Sequence record: MW248466.1
DNA: 64,000 nucleotides
Direction: 5' to 3' (one strand)
The notes beneath the pieces were generated by a model. The model saw nothing but the letters and a program-made list of their open reading frames with translations. It was not told the DNA's origin and searched no databases. Of this stretch, positions 35,601-44,677 are shown one piece after another (the stretch's first letter is position 1; every line of letters starts with the position of its first letter). A program made the translations under genes and the position numbers.

Positions 35601-38600
35601 CCAATCAGTAGATTTATTACCTTTTTCAATTTTAATATTTTTAATAGAGAATTTATCTCCATTATTATTGTTATATGCGTATATAGCCCATCTAGAGTTA
35701 GTTCCAGAAGTCTTAGTTATTTTAGAAGTGTATTTATATCTGAATTCTTTATTACCAATATTAGTTATTGTATCACTACCAATAGACATTCCTGGATCTA
35801 CTACACTATCATATATTCTAAATACATCCCCACGTTCCATTTGTAAATCAAATGATATAGATATTTCATCTCCAACTTCTACTTTGTTTAATAATTCATC
35901 AATATAAATTCTCCATAAATATTGATAACTACCATTTGAATTATCTTCAAAACCTTTATTCCAAGATAAACTGTTTTCTAATAAGTTTCTAGCACCAATT
36001 TGAATATTATTAATATTTTCATTAACTCTATTTTCAACAGCAGAAACTTGACTAGTAATTTGATTTGGTAATTGTTCGATACTTGAAGTATTTGCTGATA
36101 TTTTACCATCTAGTATTTTTTGTTCACTTACAATACCACTAATTTTATCTGTTTCAACTTTAAGTTCAGAATAATTATTTTCAATTAATTTACCAGTTTC
36201 AGTTAATTTAGTAGCATTAAGAGTAATATCTTTTTCAGTCTGAGTTATTCTAGTTTCAGCTTTAGAAAATCTATCTTCAAGATCCCCTTTAGATAATCCC
36301 CAATCTGTATCAATATTACCTAATTCTAGTTGAGGCTTAGAAATATAAGCTAAACTATTTACATCTTTAGCTGTAAAGTAAATTCTTATCTTTTTACTTT
36401 TACCAGTATTAAATCTAACATTGTAACGTTTATCTTCTTCTGTAGTTTCTCGATAAGTACCACTAGTTATAATATAATCTAAGGGATCGAAAATTTTACC
36501 ATCATCAGTTAATCTCATAATAGGTGTATATGCAATTCCTTGAGTAATTCCTTCTTTATTATGTGCATTATAGCTTAATACATAATCAGTATTAGGTATT
36601 ACATCTACTTCTTGGAATATACTCCATGCTAATCTGTTAGATTCAGAAATATAATCTAGTGAGTAACCAATACCATCTTTAATTATCCCACCATATTTAC
36701 TGAAGTTTGTCTTATTAAATGGTAAATCAAATTTCTCAGTACCCACTAATAAGTTATTTCCACCTATTTTAATTTTATCAGAAAGAGCTTCTACACTAGT
36801 TTCAGAAGTAACTCTTTGATCAATTCTACCAATTTCAGCAGTAATACTAGTCTCTAAATTAGATACAGTGTCATCCGTAGCTTCTTGTTTAGATACTAAA
36901 TTAGTAATTCTATCAGCTTCGACTTTAACTAAAGCTTTAGAAGATTCCATAACGTCATTAACTGCAGACTGTCTATCTGTAACTTCTTGAGTTATAGCAT
37001 CATTAGCAACTGTTAATTTACCTGAAAGATCTGTAATATCAGTACCTTGTTTTTCAACTTTTTCGGCAGTGATTGTATAGCTACTATCAAGTTGTTCCAC
37101 TTTAGTAGATAAATCACTATAATTATCTTCAGTTGCTGTTATTCTTTGTACCAACGATGTAATTTTATCAGTTTCAATCTTTATTTGACCAATTTGACTT
37201 TCTAATTCTTCTCTATCTGTTTTCTGTGACTGAGAAACTAGATCAATCTGTCCTGCGATAGTTTCTATTCTAGAAGTAATGTCTGTCATTACTTTATCAT
37301 CTAAATCAGTTATCTTCTTAGAAACTTCTTGACGGATCATATCGACAGTCTGACTTACTTCGGAGAAACCTTCAGTGACTTGTTTTCTATAGTCATCCAT
37401 CTCTTTTTTAGTCATCATAGTAGCAACTAATTCATTAGTATCTATAACTGTCTTTTTAACTGATTCAAGACCAGTAACATCATACATCTCTAAATTAGTA
37501 ACCCAGAATTTAGGTTCATCAGATCCATCTTCAAATTCAATAACATCTGAATCTTCAGATTGGTTTACTTTAAAGTATAATGTCATATAGAAAGCACCGT
37601 ATAGGAAACCATTAGTACCTCTAACATTTTCTTTAGTAATTAAACCTTGACGATGATACCAACCATTAAATTCTTCTGGATCGTCATCTTCTTCTGTATT
37701 AGGAATATCCTCATCTTTAATTAAAGACCATTCTACATTACTATCAGTAAATGTTCCTGAGACTTTAGTTCCGGCAGGGAAACCACCATCTTCTGAATCA
37801 TAGTTAATTAAATCAAAAGGTCTATTTAAATAGATACAATTATTTTCTCTATCAATAGCTCCAAAATCCCAACCGTTCATGAATACATTTCTAGAGTATG
37901 CTGATTCTCCATAATTATAACCATCATTACTCTTGAAATTCCAAATAACTAATGAATGATTGTCATTATAATCTGTTAAATTAGGATTAATATTTCTATT
38001 AAAAATTCCAGCATTAGACACATTATAATTATTAGTCATAGTTTTAATAGCTTCTTCTTCATCTACTGGAGTTGAATTAGTATCAACAGCAACATCTGAA
38101 TCCGGCATAGGAACATCAATTTCATCTGATGTTGTTGCATCTTCTTCAGGAGTATCATCTGCATAGATTACAGTATCTTCTTCTTCATCAGGCAATGCAT
38201 TAGGATCATCTATAGAAAGAATATCATCTGCATCATTAGGTAATATAATTGATCCGTCTCTATCGTAATCATAAACAGGAGTGTCATCTCCTTCATCTAA
38301 TGGAGCAGATTGGAATCTATAAGTATCATCAAGACCATCAAGACTATTGAAATAAATAACTTTATCTCCTTGTCTTAATTCTTGAGCTAATTCAATTACA
38401 GGTTTTTCACTACCCATTACATGTTGAGATTCTATTAATTGTCCATCTTTATCATAACTTAAATGTCCTATAGAAGAAGGAAGCGAATTATTATTTTTCA
38501 TAAACATAGAAAGTTTGTATGTTTTCTCTGGATTAATCGGTATTAATCTTTCAGAAGAAACAGTAGAGTTAAATCCGTCCATTCTAAATGAAGCTGCCGA

Positions 38601-40748
38601 CTGAAACGCATCTGAATTATCGTAATACATTCCAGAGAAGTTTGATTCATCTCCTTGATCTGCATTACCGTTAAAAATTAAATTATCTCCACGAGAATCC
38701 ATATAGTAATTAAATTCTTGTTGAGATACTTCTAATTCTTGACCTAAATCTTCTCTAACGTTATTAGCTTCAGCCATAGCTTTATCTATATCTTTAGATT
38801 TCTGATCTAGCTCTTCTTGTTGTTTTTCTAGTTCTTTTTTAGTTAAAGCTAGATTTTCTTTAGATTTAGAGATTTCTTGTTTTGTATCTTCGATTTGTTT
38901 TTTAATTTGTTCTATTACATCTTCGTTACTTATATTACCATCTATGTAACCGTCAGGGTTAATAGGTAATCCAAGAACATTAGATAAATTTTCTACAAGA
39001 TCATGCAGTTGACCTTTTAGATTCATACTTGATTCTGTATTATTAGATTCAATTCTTTCAACCTTATTTTTCATTAAATCTAATGAAGATTTAAGGTTAT
39101 TTATATCTGACATAACATTTATGTCACCTTTTAATATTTGAGAATCGCTATCGTAAGTTAAACCTAATATTCTAGCAATTTCTTTAAATACAGTATCTTT
39201 AATACCGTGAGAATATTCATTTTGAAGTTTATTCATTTCTAAGTTAATAGCTTCATTAGATAATTCAATAATACTTTTAGTGCTATTAATTACAGAATAG
39301 AAACCTACAAACGATTTATTAATATCTTTCATTAATGATTCATTCTGATCAGCTCTATTAAGCTTATTAACTTCAGATTTTATTTTATCAAAGTCATTAT
39401 TAATTTCTTTAATTTTATCTCTAACCTGAATTTTAATTGCATCTTCTTTAAGATAAGCTGAATCAAATATAGATTTTAATTGGTTAACAACTTGATCTTT
39501 TTGAGATTTAATCAAATTAAAATCAGAAATAATGGCATCAAAATTAAGTTCTTTATTTGATTGTAATACACTTGATCCATCTGTACTACTATTGTTACTA
39601 TTACTAATATCATTAATATAATTTTTAAATGATTCTAATTGTTTATTAACTAGAGATTCAACTAATTTAACATCATTACTTTTAGAAGCTGTATTATCTT
39701 TAATAAAGATGTTATCATTAGCATATTTAGTATAATTATCTAACATTTCAGGTTTATAAAGTTCATTAGAATCTTTATGCTTAGCAAAGAAGTTAAATTT
39801 CTCTATATTATAATCGAATAAACTTCTCTCTAATTTATATATTTGAAAACCTGCTGTTAACTCAGGTTTAATATTTTTATAATTGATGAATATTTGACTT
39901 GATATAAATTTATTATAATGACAGTTAGTCCAATTTCTTAATACTAAACCAGTCATTTTTAAATCTATAGCATTCAAAGAACTGTCATTAAGGTATTTAG
40001 AAGCGATTTCTTCCATTTCATCTCTAGTTTTTCCTTTAACTTCCATAGTGTCAAATATATAATTTTCATCTTTAATAAATCTAGCTTGATTTAATGAATC
40101 TTTAACAGTAATAGATTCATTATTATCATTATACATGATTAAGCCAGTTTTAATATTTGATTTATCTACATTAAATTCAAAACCAGGAATTCTACCAGAA
40201 ACTTCTTTAGGATTAGATTTTCTTAAATCTTTACCTTTATTAATTATTAAAGTTCTTTCATTTGTATTAATATCATACTTATGTCTAATAGATAAATCTT
40301 TTTCAAATAAAATATCCAATAATTTTTCAAATACAGATTTATTATTTTTAGATAAAGTTATTTCTTCATCAACAACTAAATCATTATACTCAATATTATA
40401 TCCTGTATTCAATAATAAAGTACTTAATATTGATTTTAATTGTCCATTTAATTCTTCATTAGAATTCATAAAAACATTATTTAAATCTTTTACATAAGCA
40501 GGAATCAATGAAGATTTTAAACCATCTTCTTCAATACAAACAAATTCAGAATCATTCTTACTTTCATCTTTAATAATTATATGTGTATTTTCTGAAATGT
40601 AGTTTTTACTTTTGAATTCAATATTAATGATTTCAGTTTTCTTACTAAAATCATATACTAATTTCTCACCAGAGATTACATTTTCAAAAGTTTCTGCAAC
40701 TAATTTACCTTCAATTCTTTTACGTTCTTTATCTAGAATACTAATCAA
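32628..40748 (-). CDS. Giant tail/host-specificity protein (2706 aa)
   Basis: N-terminus resembles Tal/endopeptidase-type tail proteins; long coiled coils; at least four NLL...KxEKGN..TDW.PAPED-type modules; C-terminus similar to the 998-aa protein. Confidence 0.75.
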   Translation of the reverse strand: MISILDKERKRIEGKLVAETFENVISGEKLVYDFSKKTEIINIEFKSKNYISENTHIIIKDESKNDSEFVCIEEDGLKSSLIPAYVKDLNNVFMNSNEELNGQLKSILSTLLLNTGYNIEYNDLVVDEEITLSKNNKSVFEKLLDILFEKDLSIRHKYDINTNERTLIINKGKDLRKSNPKEVSGRIPGFEFNVDKSNIKTGLIMYNDNNESITVKDSLNQARFIKDENYIFDTMEVKGKTRDEMEEIASKYLNDSSLNAIDLKMTGLVLRNWTNCHYNKFISSQIFINYKNIKPELTAGFQIYKLERSLFDYNIEKFNFFAKHKDSNELYKPEMLDNYTKYANDNIFIKDNTASKSNDVKLVESLVNKQLESFKNYINDISNSNNSSTDGSSVLQSNKELNFDAIISDFNLIKSQKDQVVNQLKSIFDSAYLKEDAIKIQVRDKIKEINNDFDKIKSEVNKLNRADQNESLMKDINKSFVGFYSVINSTKSIIELSNEAINLEMNKLQNEYSHGIKDTVFKEIARILGLTYDSDSQILKGDINVMSDINNLKSSLDLMKNKVERIESNNTESSMNLKGQLHDLVENLSNVLGLPINPDGYIDGNISNEDVIEQIKKQIEDTKQEISKSKENLALTKKELEKQQEELDQKSKDIDKAMAEANNVREDLGQELEVSQQEFNYYMDSRGDNLIFNGNADQGDESNFSGMYYDNSDAFQSAASFRMDGFNSTVSSERLIPINPEKTYKLSMFMKNNNSLPSSIGHLSYDKDGQLIESQHVMGSEKPVIELAQELRQGDKVIYFNSLDGLDDTYRFQSAPLDEGDDTPVYDYDRDGSIILPNDADDILSIDDPNALPDEEEDTVIYADDTPEEDATTSDEIDVPMPDSDVAVDTNSTPVDEEEAIKTMTNNYNVSNAGIFNRNINPNLTDYNDNHSLVIWNFKSNDGYNYGESAYSRNVFMNGWDFGAIDRENNCIYLNRPFDLINYDSEDGGFPAGTKVSGTFTDSNVEWSLIKDEDIPNTEEDDDPEEFNGWYHRQGLITKENVRGTNGFLYGAFYMTLYFKVNQSEDSDVIEFEDGSDEPKFWVTNLEMYDVTGLESVKKTVIDTNELVATMMTKKEMDDYRKQVTEGFSEVSQTVDMIRQEVSKKITDLDDKVMTDITSRIETIAGQIDLVSQSQKTDREELESQIGQIKIETDKITSLVQRITATEDNYSDLSTKVEQLDSSYTITAEKVEKQGTDITDLSGKLTVANDAITQEVTDRQSAVNDVMESSKALVKVEADRITNLVSKQEATDDTVSNLETSITAEIGRIDQRVTSETSVEALSDKIKIGGNNLLVGTEKFDLPFNKTNFSKYGGIIKDGIGYSLDYISESNRLAWSIFQEVDVIPNTDYVLSYNAHNKEGITQGIAYTPIMRLTDDGKIFDPLDYIITSGTYRETTEEDKRYNVRFNTGKSKKIRIYFTAKDVNSLAYISKPQLELGNIDTDWGLSKGDLEDRFSKAETRITQTEKDITLNATKLTETGKLIENNYSELKVETDKISGIVSEQKILDGKISANTSSIEQLPNQITSQVSAVENRVNENINNIQIGARNLLENSLSWNKGFEDNSNGSYQYLWRIYIDELLNKVEVGDEISISFDLQMERGDVFRIYDSVVDPGMSIGSDTITNIGNKEFRYKYTSKITKTSGTNSRWAIYAYNNNNGDKFSIKNIKIEKGNKSTDWTPAPEDVNSQINNIQVGGKNILRGTKDFDKSFWIGNFTDKFNKDGRTFAPLQNSGNQNWLTQTFKTDPYTDYIISFDAYKDGSEKGDIYPQIRKLKDDATDFDPFVSIFGYNEFNKSLTNNIVRYSVPFKSQESNYMRFYITRESTSKANIYISNIKIEKGNKATDWSPAPEDIETSISTVSSKIDQKADSIELSVNKISTYLNADNSLINTDLRNGWEGWVNADDNESLKINYAEKIDSPYWIYTFSGSSEEYPTDTTTANKDYLTIRSNANEGWKQWQTSSKDYSDGAGSPKLSKINPGTYTFSFQARKSRTTPTGSITVSLRVNKPGETLNPLSYTLSADSDLTEEWNFFKTTFTVTSADLSKMDRLRLIIASVSPYSNGEFSFKNIRLDKSDRPLYPRFSIADESDMTISTDDNIALAPRYRKNNISTSGNYRRMTISLSSPLKKNTKYKLAFDYNILSGQNTLKVVTLFPYRYPYTGSSFDDGSFLPVMPSTHTQEFPVTDGERNYIEFTSPNEEGVNQLLLYATRSGTDENSSIDASFENIKLVEYVDGNEDMEFDDSSVKSVFKYTQNDFGSTWPSILSGYLPVGREGNFEIGDYITGSVYIYIPSSAKKYLSYKIYFEMAGYENTSQSTNASISRVEIPASEFVFDTWKRYSFTTKIPRTTDNGETNYVRFLLRYNNYDHNKTFFDETRFYYGLPKLEKGNTLKTWTPSSLDKYSTGAMSSKISMNPESIKMISNNIDFNTDRMTIYNSKGNVVFSGDKLKISKTAMDTDNYVEINSSGLTIRKDGVDQMVDGLFLSETNFVATMPGVKTWNWVSGSAHANDERNFRPIILEDTRAGTYNIFRDVYKYGYDNAQLDEASGKDKATLNVFSYHHNRRYLKFVYKAVSKEGNNLYVTFSDGLGWKTNSNIKMHREIGISGSSKPDTSIKVATIDLGPPDNYNKTLLIQLSITGSTGASQMAQISIVRMSLSDFADEGRAIKMIT

Positions 40749-40778
40749 ATTTAATTCACCATCCTTTCATTTAATTGA

Positions 40779-40790
40779 TATTAATGTGTT
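40779..40790 (-). promoter_or_regulatory. Putative late promoter AACA-N6-TA
   Basis: Matches the AR9-type late consensus just upstream of the giant tail gene; low-information motif. Confidence 0.45.
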
Positions 40791-40802
40791 CCATGTCAAT
40801 AA

Positions 40803-41225
40803 TTAATAGTCTTCCAATTGTTCAGCTAGCGTATCGATAATAGTAGCTTTTTTTCCTGATAGTTGAGTTTCCATATTATCAATAATGTTTAATAAAATAG
40901 ATTTATCTCTAACAGTAATAACCGCTTTTTCTTCATCAATAGCTAATATATCTTCTTTAGCATTTGGAAATTCACTTACATTAAGAACAATACTTTCTGG
41001 ATCTTTAGGATCTTTAACAATATTGCCATTTTCATCTTTTTTAGAAAATTCGTTAATCATATCTTGTCTATCTTTAGCATATTCTTCATAAAATTCTTTA
41101 AGTTGATTAATGAATTTAGTTCTATGTCTGGATTTATTACCATTTAAAGGAATGTTATATAATACATCATATACAGTTTGTAAATCCTCATTTTTAATTG
41201 TAACTTGTTCAATTGTTTCTACCAT
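40803..41225 (-). CDS. DUF1617-like phage protein
   Basis: IKNEDL..VYDVL..IPL.G.KSRHRTKFI..L...DR..MI.EF.KKDENG pattern recalled from Firmicute phage tail regions. Confidence 0.55.
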   Translation of the reverse strand: MVETIEQVTIKNEDLQTVYDVLYNIPLNGNKSRHRTKFINQLKEFYEEYAKDRQDMINEFSKKDENGNIVKDPKDPESIVLNVSEFPNAKEDILAIDEEKAVITVRDKSILLNIIDNMETQLSGKKATIIDTLAEQLEDY

Positions 41226-41342
41226 TTTAGAAAAACTCCTTTTAAATTAATATTTATAATATAAATTAAGTTATTATGGCATTTTAAAAAATTACTCAAC
41301 ATTTTATTTATTATGAAACTAATAGAAAGTGGGTAGAAATAT

Positions 41343-42605
41343 ATGCCTCATTTAGGAAAAGAAAATGGTTATTCCATGTGTACTGCATCGCCTTCATTAT
41401 CCAGTGTTATATCAGGAGTACAATCATTCATGTGGAACTATTTTAAATCAATGTTCCCTAGTAATTTTTTTGCTTCAACTTATGTAAATACTTCTCTTAA
41501 TTCAAATTCATTAAAAGATATGAAGGAACGTAAAAAAGGATTTCCTCATTTATCAATGAATACGCAATTTGAATTGGGTGATGGTTTTATGTCAGGTTTA
41601 CCTATGTGGCATAAGACTGATAGATTTGTAATGAAAAATCTTAAAAGGAATTATAGATTAATATTTGAAGATGATACAAGAGGAATTAGAATATATACAG
41701 TTCCTCAACGATATAAGGTAGTATTTAATTACGGTATATTATTGCAAACAGAAATGAGTGCTTGGAACGTTCTTAATCACATTAATCAAACATTTGAAAA
41801 TGGTGGTTATAATTATGCTAATGAAATAAGAATACCAACAAAATTACCAGAAATATTTATTGTTAATATATGTAGAAAACTAGGTTTAGATATTAATAAC
41901 AATAAAGATAGAATGCAATTAAATGATTATATGATGACAAATGGTTTAGGTCCAATTACTAATAAAAAAGATTTGTCTACTGGTAAAGAAAAGTATACTT
42001 ATGATTATACTACTAATATATTATTAAATTATCCTGATTTAACTAATTACGAAAAAGAAGTAACTAATTTAATAAATAAATCAGCTTCAGTTAGATATGC
42101 AATATCTGCCGAATTATGGGTACCTGGCAGTTATATATTAGAAATCGAAGACGACTTTAATATTCAAAGAGAAATTGATTCACTTTCAGATGATGTTTTA
42201 CAATTCGATATTGCTATTTTACAAGATATGATTCCTAAAGAAAATGATAGAGGAATGAAATTATTATTAGAAAGAAACTTTAATACTGAAATGAATGTTA
42301 AATTTGATTCAACTCAGATTGAAGACATATTAGATAAAGATGTTATAAACTCAATCAAAGAACTTAATAAGATTAATGGAGATATTCAAAAAATCGTAGA
42401 ATTCAAATTGTTTAAAAATAATAGACCTATGAGTAAAGATGAATATTTCATTGATTATGATAATTTTGAATTAATTGTAAAAGAACCTGAAGATAATAAA
42501 GTTCACACACTTGTAATGTATGCCGATACACGTAAAATTAATATGATAAATGAATTAATAAATCAAGGAAGAAAAAAAGATTTATACAAAATGGACATAT
42601 TTTAG
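41343..42605 (+). CDS. Hypothetical (possibly virion) protein
   Basis: ORF track. Confidence 0.75.
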   Translation: MPHLGKENGYSMCTASPSLSSVISGVQSFMWNYFKSMFPSNFFASTYVNTSLNSNSLKDMKERKKGFPHLSMNTQFELGDGFMSGLPMWHKTDRFVMKNLKRNYRLIFEDDTRGIRIYTVPQRYKVVFNYGILLQTEMSAWNVLNHINQTFENGGYNYANEIRIPTKLPEIFIVNICRKLGLDINNNKDRMQLNDYMMTNGLGPITNKKDLSTGKEKYTYDYTTNILLNYPDLTNYEKEVTNLINKSASVRYAISAELWVPGSYILEIEDDFNIQREIDSLSDDVLQFDIAILQDMIPKENDRGMKLLLERNFNTEMNVKFDSTQIEDILDKDVINSIKELNKINGDIQKIVEFKLFKNNRPMSKDEYFIDYDNFELIVKEPEDNKVHTLVMYADTRKINMINELINQGRKKDLYKMDIF

Positions 42606-42624
42606 AAAAAAAATCAAAATATTA

Positions 42625-42656
42625 GAGGTAACTATCAAATTAATGATAGTTACCTC
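42625..42656. terminator. Bidirectional terminator
   Basis: gaggtaactatca/tgatagttacctc between convergent genes. Confidence 0.7.
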
Positions 42657-42663
42657 AATTTTA

Positions 42664-43470
42664 TTATTTTACATTAGTTCTGTATTCAAGAATAGTTTTT
42701 ACTAAAAGCATATTAGCATTTAATTCTTTAGAAGTTCCTTCAGCTTCTTCAGCTTTAAGTTTACCCACTTGTTCTAAAGACATCATTTCCATTGGATTAA
42801 TATTCTTAGGAATTTTACCTGAATTAAGTTTAATAGCTTCACTAGCTTGCATAGCTTTAATAGATTCATTTAAAAATTCATTAATAATTGAATCTGAAAA
42901 ACTTTTAATAATTTTATTATCTTCTTTTTTAGTAATATCATTACCTTTAATTAAATCTGCTCTATTATAATATACAAATAAATCAATATAAGTTACTAAG
43001 ATTATATTGTATATTTCTTGGAAGTTTAAATTAATACCCATATTTTCATCAGTGTAATTCAACATTAATGCAAATACTCTTTCACTAATATTACTTTGTC
43101 CTTCGGGAAGAAATTCATCAAAACCTACACTTCTAGACATTGATAAGAAGTCCATAATATTTCTTGCAAAATTTTCTTCACTGTTTAATTCATTCTCATC
43201 AGTAAAGAATTTAACAAAATCAGAATATGATAAACCAGTAATATCATCTGATTTTCTTCTAATCATTTTCATACTATAAAAATCTCTGAATGTTTTACTA
43301 TCTCCAGTTGAACCTAATTTATCTTCTAAGATTTCTAATTCTTTTCTATTAGATTCTTCTTTCATTTCTTTCATTAATACATTTGAAACATCCTCGTTAA
43401 TTCTTTCTAAGTCATTGTTAAATAATTCAATTGCTTGGTTTAATTCTTCCATTATCCATTTCATCTCCAT
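42664..43470 (-). CDS. Hypothetical protein
   Basis: ORF track. Confidence 0.75.
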   Translation of the reverse strand: MEMKWIMEELNQAIELFNNDLERINEDVSNVLMKEMKEESNRKELEILEDKLGSTGDSKTFRDFYSMKMIRRKSDDITGLSYSDFVKFFTDENELNSEENFARNIMDFLSMSRSVGFDEFLPEGQSNISERVFALMLNYTDENMGINLNFQEIYNIILVTYIDLFVYYNRADLIKGNDITKKEDNKIIKSFSDSIINEFLNESIKAMQASEAIKLNSGKIPKNINPMEMMSLEQVGKLKAEEAEGTSKELNANMLLVKTILEYRTNVK

Positions 43471-43551
43471 TTATAAAAATTATTTAAGATTATTTAATTA
43501 CCATTAATCTCATTTATATAATATATATTTAAATAATGTTTATAATTTTAT

Positions 43552-44196
43552 TTATATATCTGAAGCTTCTAATAATTCATTATACTGTTCTATTTGATGA
43601 TCTAACATATAATCTTTATAATACGAAACAAATTCATTTACTTTACCAAATATTGAAGATAGTGGAATGATAATTTTACCTGCGTGAGCTAATTGATGAT
43701 TTGTTTTGGATAGTAATACTAAACCTACTTTATTATCAAAATGTAATTTCATAACTCTTTCTGCTATATCTATAGATGTGAATTGTTCATCTTCCATTAT
43801 AGCTCTATTAACTACTATTTCTACAATTTCATATAATGTAAAAGGAAAGTGATGATATTCCATTGTAACCATATCTTCTGTTAAATTTGACATTGTTATA
43901 TCATTTTTTAAATTGTATTCTTCTTTTAATATTGATAAATACTTTTTATATTCATTTGATCTTCTTACTAATCCTTCTACATTCTTAATAAATTTCTTTA
44001 AACTGTTTTCTGATTCTATTTCAAAGTATAAACTTGATATTTGAAATTTACTTTTTTTATTTACTAATGTTGTATTATTATTTGAATCTTTCTTGATTAG
44101 TATATTATTAATCTTATTATTTTTATTTAATTTAACTTTATTACTTGAAAATTTCTTATTATTAAATTTTATATCTACATTTTTATTACTACTCAT
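43552..44196 (-). CDS. HNH-like (beta-beta-alpha-metal) protein
   Basis: TMEYHHFP...VGLVLLSKTNHQLAH. Confidence 0.5.
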   Translation of the reverse strand: MSSNKNVDIKFNNKKFSSNKVKLNKNNKINNILIKKDSNNNTTLVNKKSKFQISSLYFEIESENSLKKFIKNVEGLVRRSNEYKKYLSILKEEYNLKNDITMSNLTEDMVTMEYHHFPFTLYEIVEIVVNRAIMEDEQFTSIDIAERVMKLHFDNKVGLVLLSKTNHQLAHAGKIIIPLSSIFGKVNEFVSYYKDYMLDHQIEQYNELLEASDI

Positions 44197-44677
44197 TTTT
44201 ATTCAATTCCTTTTTATTAATTAAAAATTAATTAATTTATTATATTTATATTCTTTATTTATTAAAAATTCTTTAATTAAAAATATATTTATTAAAAATT
44301 TATTAATAATATTTATATTAATTAAAATTTAATAATTAAAAATAAATAAACTACCCCCTAAATCCCCCTTCTTATAAAACAAATTCCAAACTATATATTA
44401 AATTATTAACTCAGAAAATTAAAAATTTTTACTAAATAATATATCTGTTACAAAATGTATTAATCTAATATAGATATATTAATTCAAATTTTTAGTTTTT
44501 TAATATTAATATATTTATATATTTATTTCAATCATTGGTATACTTATTTTTAATTAAATAAAAATCTATATTAAGTTGATACAGATTATTAAATTAAAAA
44601 TATTATAGAAAATATATAGAGTTATATAACAACCTTTTATTAAATATACAAAGAGAGCGAGGATTAAATGAGATATA
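44197..44677. other. 480-bp extremely AT-rich intergenic region, candidate origin or regulatory hub
   Basis: Repeated TTAAAAAT units and an isolated CTACCCCCTAAATCCCCCTT island at 44351-44370. Confidence 0.35.
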
